From positions 116,002,001 through 116,066,000 of the forward strand of contig OX597821.1 of NCBI GenBank assembly GCA_951406725.2: DNA of 64,000 nt. Direction: 5' to 3'. The notes beneath the pieces are model-generated. The model was not told the origin of the DNA. It was given only the letters and a program-made list of their open reading frames with translations, and did no database searches. Source of the DNA: Octopus vulgaris. Taxonomy: Eukaryota. A program made the translations under genes and the position numbers. Position 1 is the stretch's first letter, and each line of letters opens with the position of its first letter. Shown here one piece after another: positions 27,840-40,544 of the stretch.

Positions 27840-28125
27840 TATTTCTCAATCAACTACAACTTTTACTTCGCCCCTTCTCTCCTTCTACATATATGTTGTG
27901 ACAGCCAGACAGGTGGATATCAGGTAAACTTTTACAATATAATATTGGTGACCAATAACATTGTTGACTACGGGTACCCGATGGTCTAATAACTAGTTCA
28001 CTACATTTCCGAAGTGGTAAGAGAATGTCTGTAACTAGGTGTATCTTACAAGACCTCGTTATTAAAGCACCAATTTTTGTCGGTTTTCTCGCTAGTGTTT
28101 ATATCCTTCGCAATATACATCGTCG

Positions 28126-28178
<53 letters not shown>

Positions 28179-28664
28179 CTCTCTCTCTCTTTGTCTCTCT
28201 CTCACACACACACATACACACACATATTCACACACGTCAAGCTGGTGTTCAATTTTTGTCTACTAACAAGATAGTGGTTAACCCGAAGTTACGGTAGAGG
28301 ACCCAAGGTAACGGGAGTAGGATTGAACTTAGGATCATGTAGCTGCAATCAAATTTCTTAAGCACACATACAACATAGGAATATACCTGTGCCTATGTTA
28401 CATTAAGAATACAGGTCTCTGTGGTATACTCAACCACTTACACTACAATTTAATGTATTCAAAGGGAATACAAAACTAAACTGTACTTTTCTTTTGTGCC
28501 AACCAAGAAATATACATTGCTTAGGACGAAATCCGAATAGCAGATTCTTCAACAATTGAGAATGCATTGAAACATCGTTCCTCCTATGTTTCTGTATTCT
28601 TTCTTAAACACAGAAAGCGATCAAGAAGAGAGAATCGCCATATTTTGAACATAAATATTTAAAA

Positions 28665-29032
28665 CTAGCACTAGGACCTGGCAACACCGGGTCATAGTGA
28701 TAGTGCATGCATATACAGCTGCGTCCGTGCGCACATACACGCGAGTACTGTCCAAATCTCTGACCAATCACATACAGTTAGCTGGCATTCAATTGGTGTA
28801 TCAAGTTTCCGGTATTTTGATTGGGTTTTGGATAGAAAATTCACAAAAAAGTCACTTCTATTGATTTTTTAATGGCTTTGCGGGGTGATTGGGGAAATGT
28901 AAAGATGTGCACGACCACCCTTGGACGGTTTTGAATGACCATAGAAAGTGTGAGCCCTCTAACTGAAGAATTGTGGATTTGTATAAAGGATACACACACA
29001 GACAGACATTTTGCCGTTTATATATAGAGAGA
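28665..29032 (-). mobile_element. Non-autonomous Helitron
   Basis: Minus strand starts TC(TCTATATATAA) and ends with the hairpin GACCCGGTGTTGCCAGGTC followed by CTAG. Inserted between A and T. Confidence 0.8.
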
Positions 29033-29982
29033 TTAGTTTGGGAAGTAAGTGTATAACTGAGGAAAGAATTATCTCATGAAACATTATAAAAAGTTTTCAA
29101 ATCAGTTAAAATTAGTTGTAAAGTTAAATTTTAATTATAACTGGAATTCATTCTTATTGATCTTACTTTGTTAATGAGGTATAATAAACAATATTTCAGT
29201 CATTAGGTTTACAGTTAGGACGAGCAAGCACATTTCTATCAGTCTGATTGACGTTTGAACCTCAAAGAAAAGACACATTATTAATGTATTAAAAAAGTAA
29301 CTAATTTCACAGAGAATTTATTTATATAGCCAATCGTATGTTTAAATGGCACCCGATATAAAAATCCACTTCGAGATAAATAAATAAAATAAAATGGCAA
29401 TACTTCGTCTTATATTCCCAGTGAATTGTATCCTGACATACAAAAATGTCAATTTTGTGCAATCAGTAAAGTGATATTGTAAGCTCTGCCCCTGAGACGC
29501 TCATTTCTATTCGCTGATGTGATTATATTCTTTGAATCAGAGAATGACCTTCAGGTAGAGATATGTTCACATTACAGACTTTTAACTTCAAAGAATCCGA
29601 GCTTCTTTAGAAGCGAGGTTATCGTTTTCTCATTAATACTGTTAGATCATGGATAGATATAAAAATAGGTAGAATCTATAATTTCCTGAAATGATATTTT
29701 AGAAAATGAAAATCGTGAAATGGAAAGATTTTCATTTATCCAGAAGAGCAATTAACAATATAGACTTGATTGGTTAATTTAGTAGTTTTACAAGGTTACA
29801 ATTTATGACTAGAACTAAAGGAATGTAAACTATTTATTTGGTGTATCATGTGGTTAGTCATTGATAAACCGGCCAATACGTGTTTATAGATTATATAGAG
29901 AATGAGTATGATAAGAAAAAACCCATATGGTTATCTGAAACAGATATTCCTCACTATTCCAAGGGTTAACGGAAGGCAGTAG

Positions 29983-30030
<48 letters not shown>

Positions 30031-30187
30031 TTTGATACTTTGATAGGTTTCGGCTATTATTGGCCCAGGCCATGTCTGACTTAATATATAATTATTTGAG
30101 GGAATATTAATCCTAACTTACAGGGAAAAAAAATCAATTTAGAAATACTAAATCAAATTTCACGCAATATAATATATATATATAAAA

Positions 30188-30506
30188 ATTAGGAAAAAAC
30201 ACCTTTTATCAATTCAAAATGAACAATTAAATTACTCCATCTAGAAAATTACATATAATAGAAATATTAAAATTAAAATACCAATAAAATACCGATGATT
30301 AAGTAAATTGCAAAACAAATAATAATAAAAACGTATATAATTGGTAGAATAACAATTGTTATTCTACCAATTATATACGTTTTTGCAATTTACTTAATCA
30401 ATGGTATTTTATTGTTATTTTAATTTTAATATTTCTATTACATGTAATTTTCTAGATGGTGTAATTTAATTGTTCATTTTGAATTGATAAAATGTGTTTT
30501 TTCTAA
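30188..30506. repeat. Spacerless AT-rich palindrome
   Basis: Centre AACAATTGTT at 30351-30360, arms of about 150 bp. Confidence 0.9.
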
Positions 30507-30719
30507 TATATATATATATAATGCACATTAAGTACAGGACATCACCAACGAGTGAAAAATACGTAAACACACGAAAAGTACAGGACGAAACACCAAAAGA
30601 AGATAACTCGCTCATCAGTTGTCGACTGTTTATTACTACCCATTTCTATATGAGCGTTGTAGTTCGTTTGAAGAATGTGGAAAGAGAAAATAAACAGCTT
30701 CTAACAATGCAGGAAGTTT

Positions 30720-31061
30720 AATAAAACTTTGATATACCGTTGGGCTCAAAGCCTCATCTTCAGAAGAGAAGAACAATCGAAGAAAAGTCCAGTTGTGTAG
30801 GATACGTTACTCTATGTGAACTCTCCAGCGTTTATATAACAGCAGCAGTCGGTCTCTCACTCTCCAAACGTGGATGTAAATTACGTTCCGTGTATGGGAC
30901 GTAATTTATACCTACGTTTGGAGAGCAAGTAACTGTCTGCTGCTGTTGCATAACGTTGAAGAGATTAAATGGAATAACGGATCCAACACCACTGAACTTT
31001 TCTTTGATGTTCTTTTATTCTGAAGATGAAATTTGAGCCTAAAATATATTAACGTTTTATT
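30720..31061. repeat. Imperfect 340-nt hairpin
   Basis: Centre near 30893. The arms carry CTGAAGATGA motifs in opposite orientations. Confidence 0.85.
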
Positions 31062-31220
31062 GAGCTTTCGTATTGTTCGAAGCTATGTATTTTCTCTCTT
31101 TCCACATTCTTCTTACACACATATATATATATATATATACATATATAACCATGTAACCACATGTGAAGCGTTGGCGATTTTCTTCCTCCGTCTTCCCTTC
31201 TATTGGAGTTTCCTCTGTTT

Positions 31221-31248
31221 CCGAAGAAGAGCGTCCGCTCGAAACGTT
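31221..31248 (+). ncRNA. Minimal hammerhead-like remnant
   Basis: CCGAAGA-A-GAGC-gtcc-GCTC-GAAAC-GTT. Stem I is lost. Confidence 0.4.
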
Positions 31249-31617
31249 TTCTTTCTTTCCATGAGCGTCTGCTAATACTTTACATGTACCACGTTCTCGC
31301 GTTGTTTTTTTGTGTGTTTGTTCTTCTTTTTTGGATTTATCATATATATACATATATTAATACCAAAAGGTAATCATTATATCCAGCTTCATCTGCTTCG
31401 AGCTATGTGTGTGCTTTCATGCACCAAACGCCTATATGAGAGGATCTTTCAATGCTAATAGCGCAGTATTCGGTGTTCTAACACAGTAGTCATGTTAAGT
31501 TGGATATAAATATTACCTCTTATGATTAATTCTTCCGTTGCTAATAATTTTTATACATGTATGTATGTATGTATGTATGTATGTATGTATGTATGTATGT
31601 ATGTATGTATGTATGTA

Positions 31618-31696
<79 letters not shown>

Positions 31697-31770
31697 CTAA
31701 TATGGGTTAAAATTTTTCGAAAAATATTCTATCAATGGCCAGCATATTAAAAAAGACATTTAAAGGTTAA

Positions 31771-32005
31771 ATTTATAAACAAGGGCAAAAGAAAAAAAAT
31801 TTCTAATGCCAAATATGCCGAAAATAGACACTTCGTCAATAACCATATAATTTATCAGTATAACTAACGGAATTTTTTTAGAAATTTCTCTCGGCTTTCT
31901 TCGAGACACGTACTTATAGTGATAAATTATATGGTTATTGACGAAGTGTCTATTTTCAGTATATTTGGCATTAGAAATTTTTTTCTTTTGCCCTTGTTTA
32001 TAAAT
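31771..32005. repeat. Inverted repeat, arms of about 86 bp
   Basis: 31771-31857 is inverted at 31920-32005. Confidence 0.9.
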
Positions 32006-32009
32006 TGTT

Positions 32010-32072
<63 letters not shown>

Positions 32073-32124
32073 GTATGCATATACTTCTGTTTGCTTTAAA
32101 CTACATCTTTTTTCTACTCGCCAG

Positions 32125-32265
32125 TACCGTTGCTGTGTCACGAAAATGCAACGCGAAATCCATGTTATCAAGAGAGAAAGTATCAAACGAAGAACCAGAC
32201 GCCAGACATCGCATGAAGGAGTTCAATACAAAAGTATCGGCGGTGAATGCTCTTCAAAACTGTAA
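32125..32265 (+). CDS. Integrin alpha putative last exon (cytoplasmic tail)
   Basis: ctttttttctactcgccag acceptor, phase 0. YRCCVTKMQREIHVIKRESIKRRTRRQTSHEGVQYKSIGGECSSKL* is a basic tail. AATAAA at about 32561. Lacks GFFKR, so the assignment is less certain. Confidence 0.7.
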   Translation, partial: YRCCVTKMQREIHVIKRESIKRRTRRQTSHEGVQYKSIGGECSSKL

Positions 32266-33806
32266 AATACTATTTGATTGAACATTTCTCAATGAAAAGG
32301 ACTTGCAAACATATTAAAATGGGAAATTTAAAAGAAGGGTTAAACGAATGTGTATGTAAAATATTCATAAATTTGTAGCTAGAAATTTTTAGTAGTCAAT
32401 GTTCAATGTATATCGGGGGAAAAGAGTTGGCAATAATTTAAAAGAGGCAGAATCGAAGTGGTTATGTCAAGTTTACGATTGGAGATAAAAGTCGTGCTGA
32501 TAACAACAAATATTTCAAATTGCGACGAAGATAAGCAACAATATAATCGGATATTAAATCAATAAATATAATATTAACCGATGATGTCGAAAAAATATTT
32601 TAAAGAATTAGTGTTCTTTTAGCTTTATGTAGTTTAAATCTTTAACAAAAATTTTCTAAATTAAGAATTCAAAAAGTTGACGACATACTTTTATGGAGAT
32701 TTCTACGAATGGGATGCTTTCTTTCTCAGTGTTTACATAAGCGGTGGAAGTTTTTAGGTAAATATTATTCTGGATTTTTCTCAATATTTTCCTGGCAGTA
32801 GATAATTGTTCGATCAGAAATGATTGATGACATCACGCAAAAGTATTTAACTTTTCTATCTTTGTCACACCGTGTTGAGGTCATTCAAGCGTTCGCAAAA
32901 TCTGTTAAAAATTTCAGCTAAATTTCCTAAAAGTATCCTAAAAATCTTACGGAATGAAGGCCACATTGCATAAGGTAGCCTTCAATATAGGTAAAATGTT
33001 AAAATGCATTTTTTTGTTCTTTGCTTATGGTTTTGCTCAACCAGGACTGACCTGGAGTTAAACTCCAGGTATCAACTATTTAAATATCAACTACTCACAA
33101 CATTTTTTTGTTTTACTCAAAATTATAAGACTCTTCTAGAACTTATTAACGTTTCAAAAATTAAAAATAAAGCAACCCCAAAACCCGCTACTGAGACAAA
33201 TTTTTACTTTCGTTAATTTCTCTTTCAATCATTCTTACCAATAATCGAGAACAGTCTTCCAGGTTTTATCTGTCTACACAATGTAATTTTTGATGTCGTT
33301 GGTGGGCATGTGTTTTCCTGTATTCATCAGATATTACCTATTATAAATCAGAAGAAAAGTAAGTTAACGAGAATATTTCACCTGTTTCTTTTTCCAAAGT
33401 CTTGCAATTATCTCTTCTTTGTTTACGTTCTAATACAGCTATGCCTATTTTTTTATTAGGTAAAATAAATAAAAGTAATAAAGATTCCATTCCATAATCT
33501 CTAACACACGGAATTGGTTTTCTTTCCTAAAAATAAAAAATAAAAAAACCGAATTGCATGAATGTAATTCTCACCTCTTTGTGTGCACGTGTGCATTGTG
33601 TGTGCGGATGTCAGTGGCGACATAATAGAGGAACCAATCGTTGTAAGGGAATAGAATGTAAACTCATCCCAGTTATTTTACAACTAAGTCAATAATCTAA
33701 CTTTAAATTCCGGAAAAAATAGTTTCTAAACTGAAGTGACGGAAAAGTAACTGAAATTACTTGCAATATATATAAATACATATGTGTGTGTATATGTGTA
33801 TACATA

Positions 33807-33839
<33 letters not shown>

Positions 33840-34035
33840 ATGTATGTATGTATGTATGTAGGGGGCAGCCACCATATAAGTGCACAGCCTTTCCTTACTT
33901 AAAAAAAAATCTTCTTGCACAGGCATTGCACGATACCAACATTCATTAAGCTTCGTGCAATGGCCATACACGATAACGAGGGGGCAGCCACCATGTATGT
34001 ATGTATGTATGTATGTATGTATGTATGTATGTATA

Positions 34036-34345
34036 TCCTTTACTTCTTTCGGTCATTAGACTGAGGCCATCCTGGGGCACCACCTGGAAGAAATTTTGTT
34101 ATATGAATCGACCCTAGTACTAATATTTTTAAACCTGATCATTATCTATCCTCCGCTATAAGTTACGGAAGCGTAAATAAACTAGTACCCTTTGTCAAGG
34201 ATTGGTAAGCATACACACACACGCGCACGATAATACGACGGGTTTCCTTCAATTTCCGTCCACCAAATGCATCCAGAAAGCTTTGGTTACCCCGAGGCTA
34301 TAGTAGAAGATACTTGCCCAAAGTGTCACGCAGTGGGACTGAAAT
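34036..34345 (-). mobile_element. SINE family A (decayed)
   Basis: Reverse-complement homology. Confidence 0.75.
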
Positions 34346-34789
34346 ACATACATACATACATACATATATACATACTTAGATACATACATACATACATATT
34401 TTGAGAACGTGTAAAATACAATTCCGTCTAATGACGTGATGTTACTGCTAAAACTCCGGCTTGAACTTCAACTGAGACAAGGTGGTGCTGAATTTGCCCG
34501 TCAAAGATAGCTAGAAGTGATCTATCATTGAGTGGGTAGAGAGAGAGAATTACCAAGTAAAACCTGTGTATCACTCTAGAGCAATTAGTTTATAATTCAA
34601 AAGTAATTGCAGACTAGTTGTAGTAAATAAGCGATTAAGGAAAAGTGCGTGAAGTCTCTTTCAGCAGTTTCTAGTATAGATAAGCATGTGGAGCATATGT
34701 CATTGAGTAAAGATTTCCATCTAAGCTAACTGTTCCGTGTTCAGAGAGACAAAATTGAGGAATATCCTTAATAAAGGATATTTATAGTT

Positions 34790-35812
34790 AAGAGGTGGTA
34801 TCAAAAAGTTCCAGGATTAATTATATTTAACAAAATATAACTTATTTACCTAACATCCTTCGAAATAGTAACCTTGTGCAGCAGTACACCGGTCCCAATG
34901 TTCCTGCCACTTTCGGGACCCGGCCTGGAAGTTGGTTTCTGTAAGCGAGGACCTTCATCTCGACAGCGGTGTTAAATCTAGCGAATAGGGCGGGTGCGAA
35001 AGCGATACCATGTTGTTTTGGGTGAGAAACTTACGGGTGAGGAGAGCTCGGTGACAGGGTGCATTTTCGTCGTGAAAAATCCAATTCTTTGTGTGCAGTA
35101 GATTTGGCCGCTTTCGCCGAATGTCCTCTCTCAAACGCTTCAAAACGTTGCCGTAGAACTCTCGATTGACCCAGGGGACAAATTCTCGATGCACAATACC
35201 GCGGAGGTCGATAAAAACGAATGGCATGCTCTTGATTGAACTGGAACTTCGGTCGTGGAGATGAACGACTCTTCCATTGTGAAGACTGCTGCTTTTTCTC
35301 AGGGTCTTACCGGCAGACCCAATCCTCATCACCGGTGATGATCCTAAACATGAAGGACGGGTCATCAGTGGTACGCTGAGGGAGGTCTTGACAAATTTCG
35401 ACGCGATGTTCTTTCAGATCAGGGGTGAGCAGGTAGGAGGCAAGCTTGGCAGAGACACGTCGCATGTTCATTTCAGACACTAGGATTGCCTGCACGGATC
35501 CATACGACAGATGAACAACATCAGCAAGGTCGTTCATTGTCTTCCGACGATCTTCATGCACAAGATGATATATTTTCTCCACATTTCCGGGGGTTACGCT
35601 CGTGGTAGATATGCCAGATCACTCATCGTCTTTCAGGGATGTTCTTCCGCTTTTGGCGCGCTCGTGCTACTCGAAACATTGCGTACGACCCATTGCCTCG
35701 TCTCCGTAATCTTGCCGAAGCATGCTCAATGCCTCTGTAGAAGACTTCCCAAGTTTAACGCAAAATTTCACGTTGGCTCCTTGTTGCAGCTTTCTGTCCA
35801 TGACAAAATCCC
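34790..35812 (-). mobile_element. Degenerate mariner transposon
   Basis: RIITGDEDW, HDENAPCH and HPPYSLDLTP (canonical GDETW, HDNA, HPPYSPDLAP) in frameshifted ORFs. TIR-like GAGGTGGTATCAAAAAGTTCC near 34792. Confidence 0.9.
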
Positions 35813-36139
35813 ATACTTGTTGTTGATGTTATTTAAGGCGTTTCCTGTTTGGGGGGTTATTTGTCATGGTTTTGTTAGCGAGGAAATTTTGTTTGTCTTG
35901 TACGGTGATGTGGGTAGGTGTAAAAATTGTCGGTCAGTACATTTCTCTCAAGGGGTTCTTTGTTCTATATAGAATTTAGTTAATACGCAAAAATGTTAAT
36001 CTTTGTGTTTTATGGAGGAAGAAATCAAATGTAACTTTAAAAATTGATTTAAATATTTAAAAAGTAAAAAGGATAAATTAAAAAGGGAAAGTAAAAAGGA
36101 AAAGGGTCTTCTAACTTGCTTGCATATAAATATAAATAC

Positions 36140-36905
36140 TATATATTGATGTGAGAGTATGGAGTAAGCTGATGCTGGTAATCTGCCAAGTACTGTGTAA
36201 AAAACCGGATAAAGTGTGGTACCATGAACGACTGGAGGCTTGTGAAGCTATTATATTGGAGATTTTGCAAGTAACACTGCGGCATTACAGAAAAAACCAT
36301 GAAGTCACCAGTTAAAAAGAACAGGCAGGAAAGACAGATGGCACACTTACGGTACAATAAAAATTTAAGAAGACAGCTACGCATCTCAAATTCTGAAGGG
36401 AGAGCTGGGTTAGGAAGGATCTGAAAAGACCTAAAAAGAAAGAAAGGCAAAAAGGCATAGGCTCTCAGTATAGCAGAATGCTTGAGGAAGAGACAACTGA
36501 AACGAGATAGAGAGAGAGAAAGATAGATAGATAGATAGAGAGAGAGAGAGTGAGCAGGAGCAGTCTTTTCTCTTTAATCAACCACGACCAGGAGCACTCT
36601 CACTAGAGCAGAATGCCCTGGAAGAACACTTGAGGAGGGCATACGCAGACCCCGATCAATACATCCCACTAGAGCACAATACAAATCTGGTGTGGCTCGA
36701 AAATCCTAGAGTTTAACATGAAACCTCCACTACTTGAAATCAAACGAATGGTCAAGAAAGCGAAAAACAAGTCAACTCCTGACACGAACGGTATGCTTTA
36801 CAAAAGATGCTCAAAGGTCATCAGATGGTTACATGCTAACCTAAAATTGGCGTGAAAGAACCTGCACGTCAGTAGATAGGGGATGAAAGCAGATGGTGTA
36901 TACAT
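36140..36905 (+). mobile_element. Decayed R2/Hero-like non-LTR fragment (region upstream of RT)
   Basis: EFNMKPPLLEIKRMVKKAKNKSTPDTNG..YKRC...A*K...ADGVYI resembles the KSAPGPNG...YKxCP...GVYIPK region. Confidence 0.6.
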
Positions 36906-37521
36906 TGGTTATTTAACGGAAATTTTTATTTAACCAATGCGTTAATGAAAACTTAGTTTACATATCCTCGGTATCTACAGGAGAATTATGCACTACTAAA
37001 TTGGTGCTTGCGTAAGCACCTTTAAATTTCGAAAGGTAAGTTCGACCGCCAGTTTATTTGGAAACTAATAGATAACAACACAAAATCTGATTACAAATGG
37101 TCAATATTAAGCAGTGTGCTATGATGTTGGGAATGCAAGGTGTGACCTATTCTTCGAAGAATCGTTGTTTAGACTTACGTCTGAATCTAATATCATAAAC
37201 AAAAGAAATGTATTTTGTTACGATGTAATCATTTATTCAACAAAACTTTTGAATCATTCCCTTGAAAAAATAGACCAAAAGAAAACCTTGATATTGTAAC
37301 TCCAATCCGCTTTCCCGGGCCAATGCATTAGTTAGAATTCTATAGTATTTCTCTACTCATTTTTTTCTATTCATTATATTTACAATAAGAACTTCACTTT
37401 AAATCTCCTTAATTTTTCTAATTATTCTTCAGTTATCGTAAAAATCCTCTCCAGCTCCCTTTTCAGAGTAATTTTAGTTTTCCTCCTGTTACTATACAAT
37501 ATTACTATTTCTTTATGGACA

Positions 37522-37878
37522 TAATTCTGGTTTAAGCACCTCATAAAACCCCTCATACCTTTTTCTTTTGGAATTTAACTGTTATTTTTAGCACAACTCA
37601 CGACCACCTAATATCTTCCTCATTTCATTGTCTCTGTGACATGTATTGGTGCTTTTCAATATTTTCTCTCTGTCTATTTAAAACTCAGACTTAGAAATAA
37701 AATTTGAAAGAGTGGAACTTTTAGGACTTTCGTGGGTGGGAGAGGTTTAAAAATCTAAACATACTTTTTCTTTTCATAACCGTATGAATTTCCGCGTGTA
37801 GAACACAAAATCACAAAAATTTTCTGCAAATTCTAAAAAGAAAAAAAAAAGTTATGGGGTGCTTAAACCAGAATTCTA
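37522..37878. mobile_element. MITE-like element
   Basis: Terminal inverted repeats AATTCTGGTTTAAGCACC / GGTGCTTAAACCAGAATT. Confidence 0.65.
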
Positions 37879-38390
37879 CCTGTTTGTGAATCTTGTTTAT
37901 TAGTATTCTTATTACTATATAGTGAAATAGTGAATTGTTCTTTCTGCTTGAATAATTTCCGCAAGTTCTCATATTGTCAATGACTTTTTGTTATAACATA
38001 TATCGTCTTCCCCGCAACTAATATTTCAAAATCTAGAAGTAATTTTCCATAAGCGTCCTCTGTTGTCTGTAAAAGTCTTGAACAATTTAGGAAGGTATGA
38101 AATTTCAGTTCTTTCCGTGGTCAGAGTTACAATTCTTTGATGCTTACTGCTATTACTGCCCCCTTTTCCTGCTGCCTGTTTAGTACCGGTCAGATACTTG
38201 CTTAAAATAGATGACCTAGTTTTCAAATAATACACCCGCAGACATACATATTTATATGGTAATATTATGATACCAATAAAGTTGTCTTGATGATTTGCTA
38301 TCGAGAAACAAGAAAGTACAGTTGGTGTATTGTTTGTATATCAAACAAACCCAATTATGAGATGAATCGGTAGATGTTTAGTGAAAGGTT

Positions 38391-38477
<87 letters not shown>

Positions 38478-38519
38478 CACCAATTTCGATTGCCGATAGA
38501 AAGCCTGTGGATCTTGTTC

Positions 38520-40050
38520 AGTTTGACCGCTAAATTTCGAAAATTCAAAATTTATTGAAAATTTTAAAATTTGGTACATTAACGTAGCTTTCCAAGCTGA
38601 ATCTCAGGGGATGTGTTGTTTTTCCAGAAAAATGTAATAAAACGTTATAGAGGTTTAAAGTTTGATCATTTCCCCTCAGTCAGAAGACACGATGTGAAAG
38701 CTGTCATTTTGTGCGTAAAAGCACGTGTTGTCAACTGTAAATAAAACAAATTTTGCTTTATGCACGCCATGTAACTCCTCATAACATTTTTATTTTGGGG
38801 AATTTTCAGAAAACTTTCGCGAATTTGTATTCTACACATGGGAATTCATGCGTTTATCCAAAAATAAAACAAAAACATTTTTGCTGCGTGATTTAAGGCC
38901 TATTTGGTTGTTATTTTTAGCACATCTGACGATCTCCTCAATGAGTAGAAAATATTTCAACACTTCTTTCTAGCAGACAAAATAATTCTCATGCTTGGCT
39001 TGTTGCTGTGGAAACAGGCATGAATGTGTCTGTGGCTTACGGTTGGTTAAAATTACCCAAACTTTGCAAACTTTAAAAGCTAATAACTCTTTATTTATTA
39101 ATTTATGGCAAAAAAAGAATTTCAAAGCAGTGATTTGCATATAAAGCCATATCATTACACGGAATATGAAATCAATTCGCGCAGGAATTGAAGAGATTGA
39201 AAATTGGCAGCCAAGCAGAAAAATCCCAATTCTGTTATTTTATTTATATGCAATATCATGGAGTAACAGAATTGGGATCTTTTGCTTGGCTGCCACTTTT
39301 GAATTTCTTCAATTTTGTTCCCGTATTTGATATAATGATGTAGTTTTGTGTGGTACCTATTGACGTAAGATTCATTTTCGCCATAAATCAATAAATAAAG
39401 AATTTATAGCTTTTAAAACTTGAAAATATTGGATAATTTTAGCCATTCGAAAGCGACAGACATATAGGTACCTGCTTCCATAGTAATAAGCGAAGCTGTT
39501 TCCATTGTAACAAGCCAAGCTACTTGTCCCTCTGTTGCTCCCTTATCCATCATGTGGTCATTTTTTCTGGTTACATGAGGTATGAGGTGATCGTGAGATG
39601 TGCTAAAAATAACAGGTAAACAGGCCTTAAATCAAGCACCGAGTTGCTGCTTTTTTTTGTGTGGAGGGTGTTTTGCATAATGGTATGAATTCCTGTGTGT
39701 AGAATACAAATTTCAAACATCTGATGAAAATTCCCCAAAGTAAAAAAGAAGTTGAGGGGTTATATGGCTTGTGTAAAGCAGAATTCCACCAATATTTCAT
39801 TTGTTTAAACTTTGATATTAAAACAGAATTTTGACAACACGTACAGTCACACACAAAATGACAGCTCCCAAATCCCATTTTCTAACTAGGTAAAAATGAC
39901 CAAACTTTAAACTTCTGTAACTTTTATTTAAAAATTTCTGGAACAAGTGAAATTCAGCGAGAAAAATTACATCAATTCTCCAAATTAGAAAATTTTCACT
40001 TAATTTTTCACATAAATTTTCGCTTAAATTTCACTAAAATTTTTCAAAAA
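38520..40050. mobile_element. Foldback element of about 1.5 kb (long diverged inverted arms centred near 39250)
   Basis: 38620-38940 is inverted at 39580-39945, 38990-39110 at 39380-39520, and 39197-39238 at 39263-39303. Confidence 0.75.
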
Positions 40051-40544
40051 GCGTAGCCAAACAAAAGATCCTAGAATTGTAATCAAATGGTTCGTAAAAA
40101 CTAGACGATATTACAATTGTTTTAATAATGTTTTTTCTTTTTGCAAAGGAATCTTCAGCATGGTTGATATCTCACTGGGAATCTGAGATGGCAAAAAAAC
40201 AAAACAAAACCTGTTACAAAAAATGGTCAGACATAATCTAAGTCACACAGAAATTAACAGGAACACAGACACATTACAGTACACTGTTGTAAGGTATTTG
40301 TTGTTTTATCACCACTGCCGTTAATGTTGCAGAATGCGTATATATGACAACTCCGTCCCACATCTCTTTGGAGACACCTTTTCCGCAAATACAATCATCC
40401 TCCCACCTCACACACACAGGTAGATGTACAGAAATAAATGATTATAGAGGTAAATTCCAAAAGAGGAATGGGGTTCTAACATTCATACATTTCCGTAACA
40501 TTAAAGGCGTACATTCTTTTTTCCTTCTTTTTCTTTATATATAT

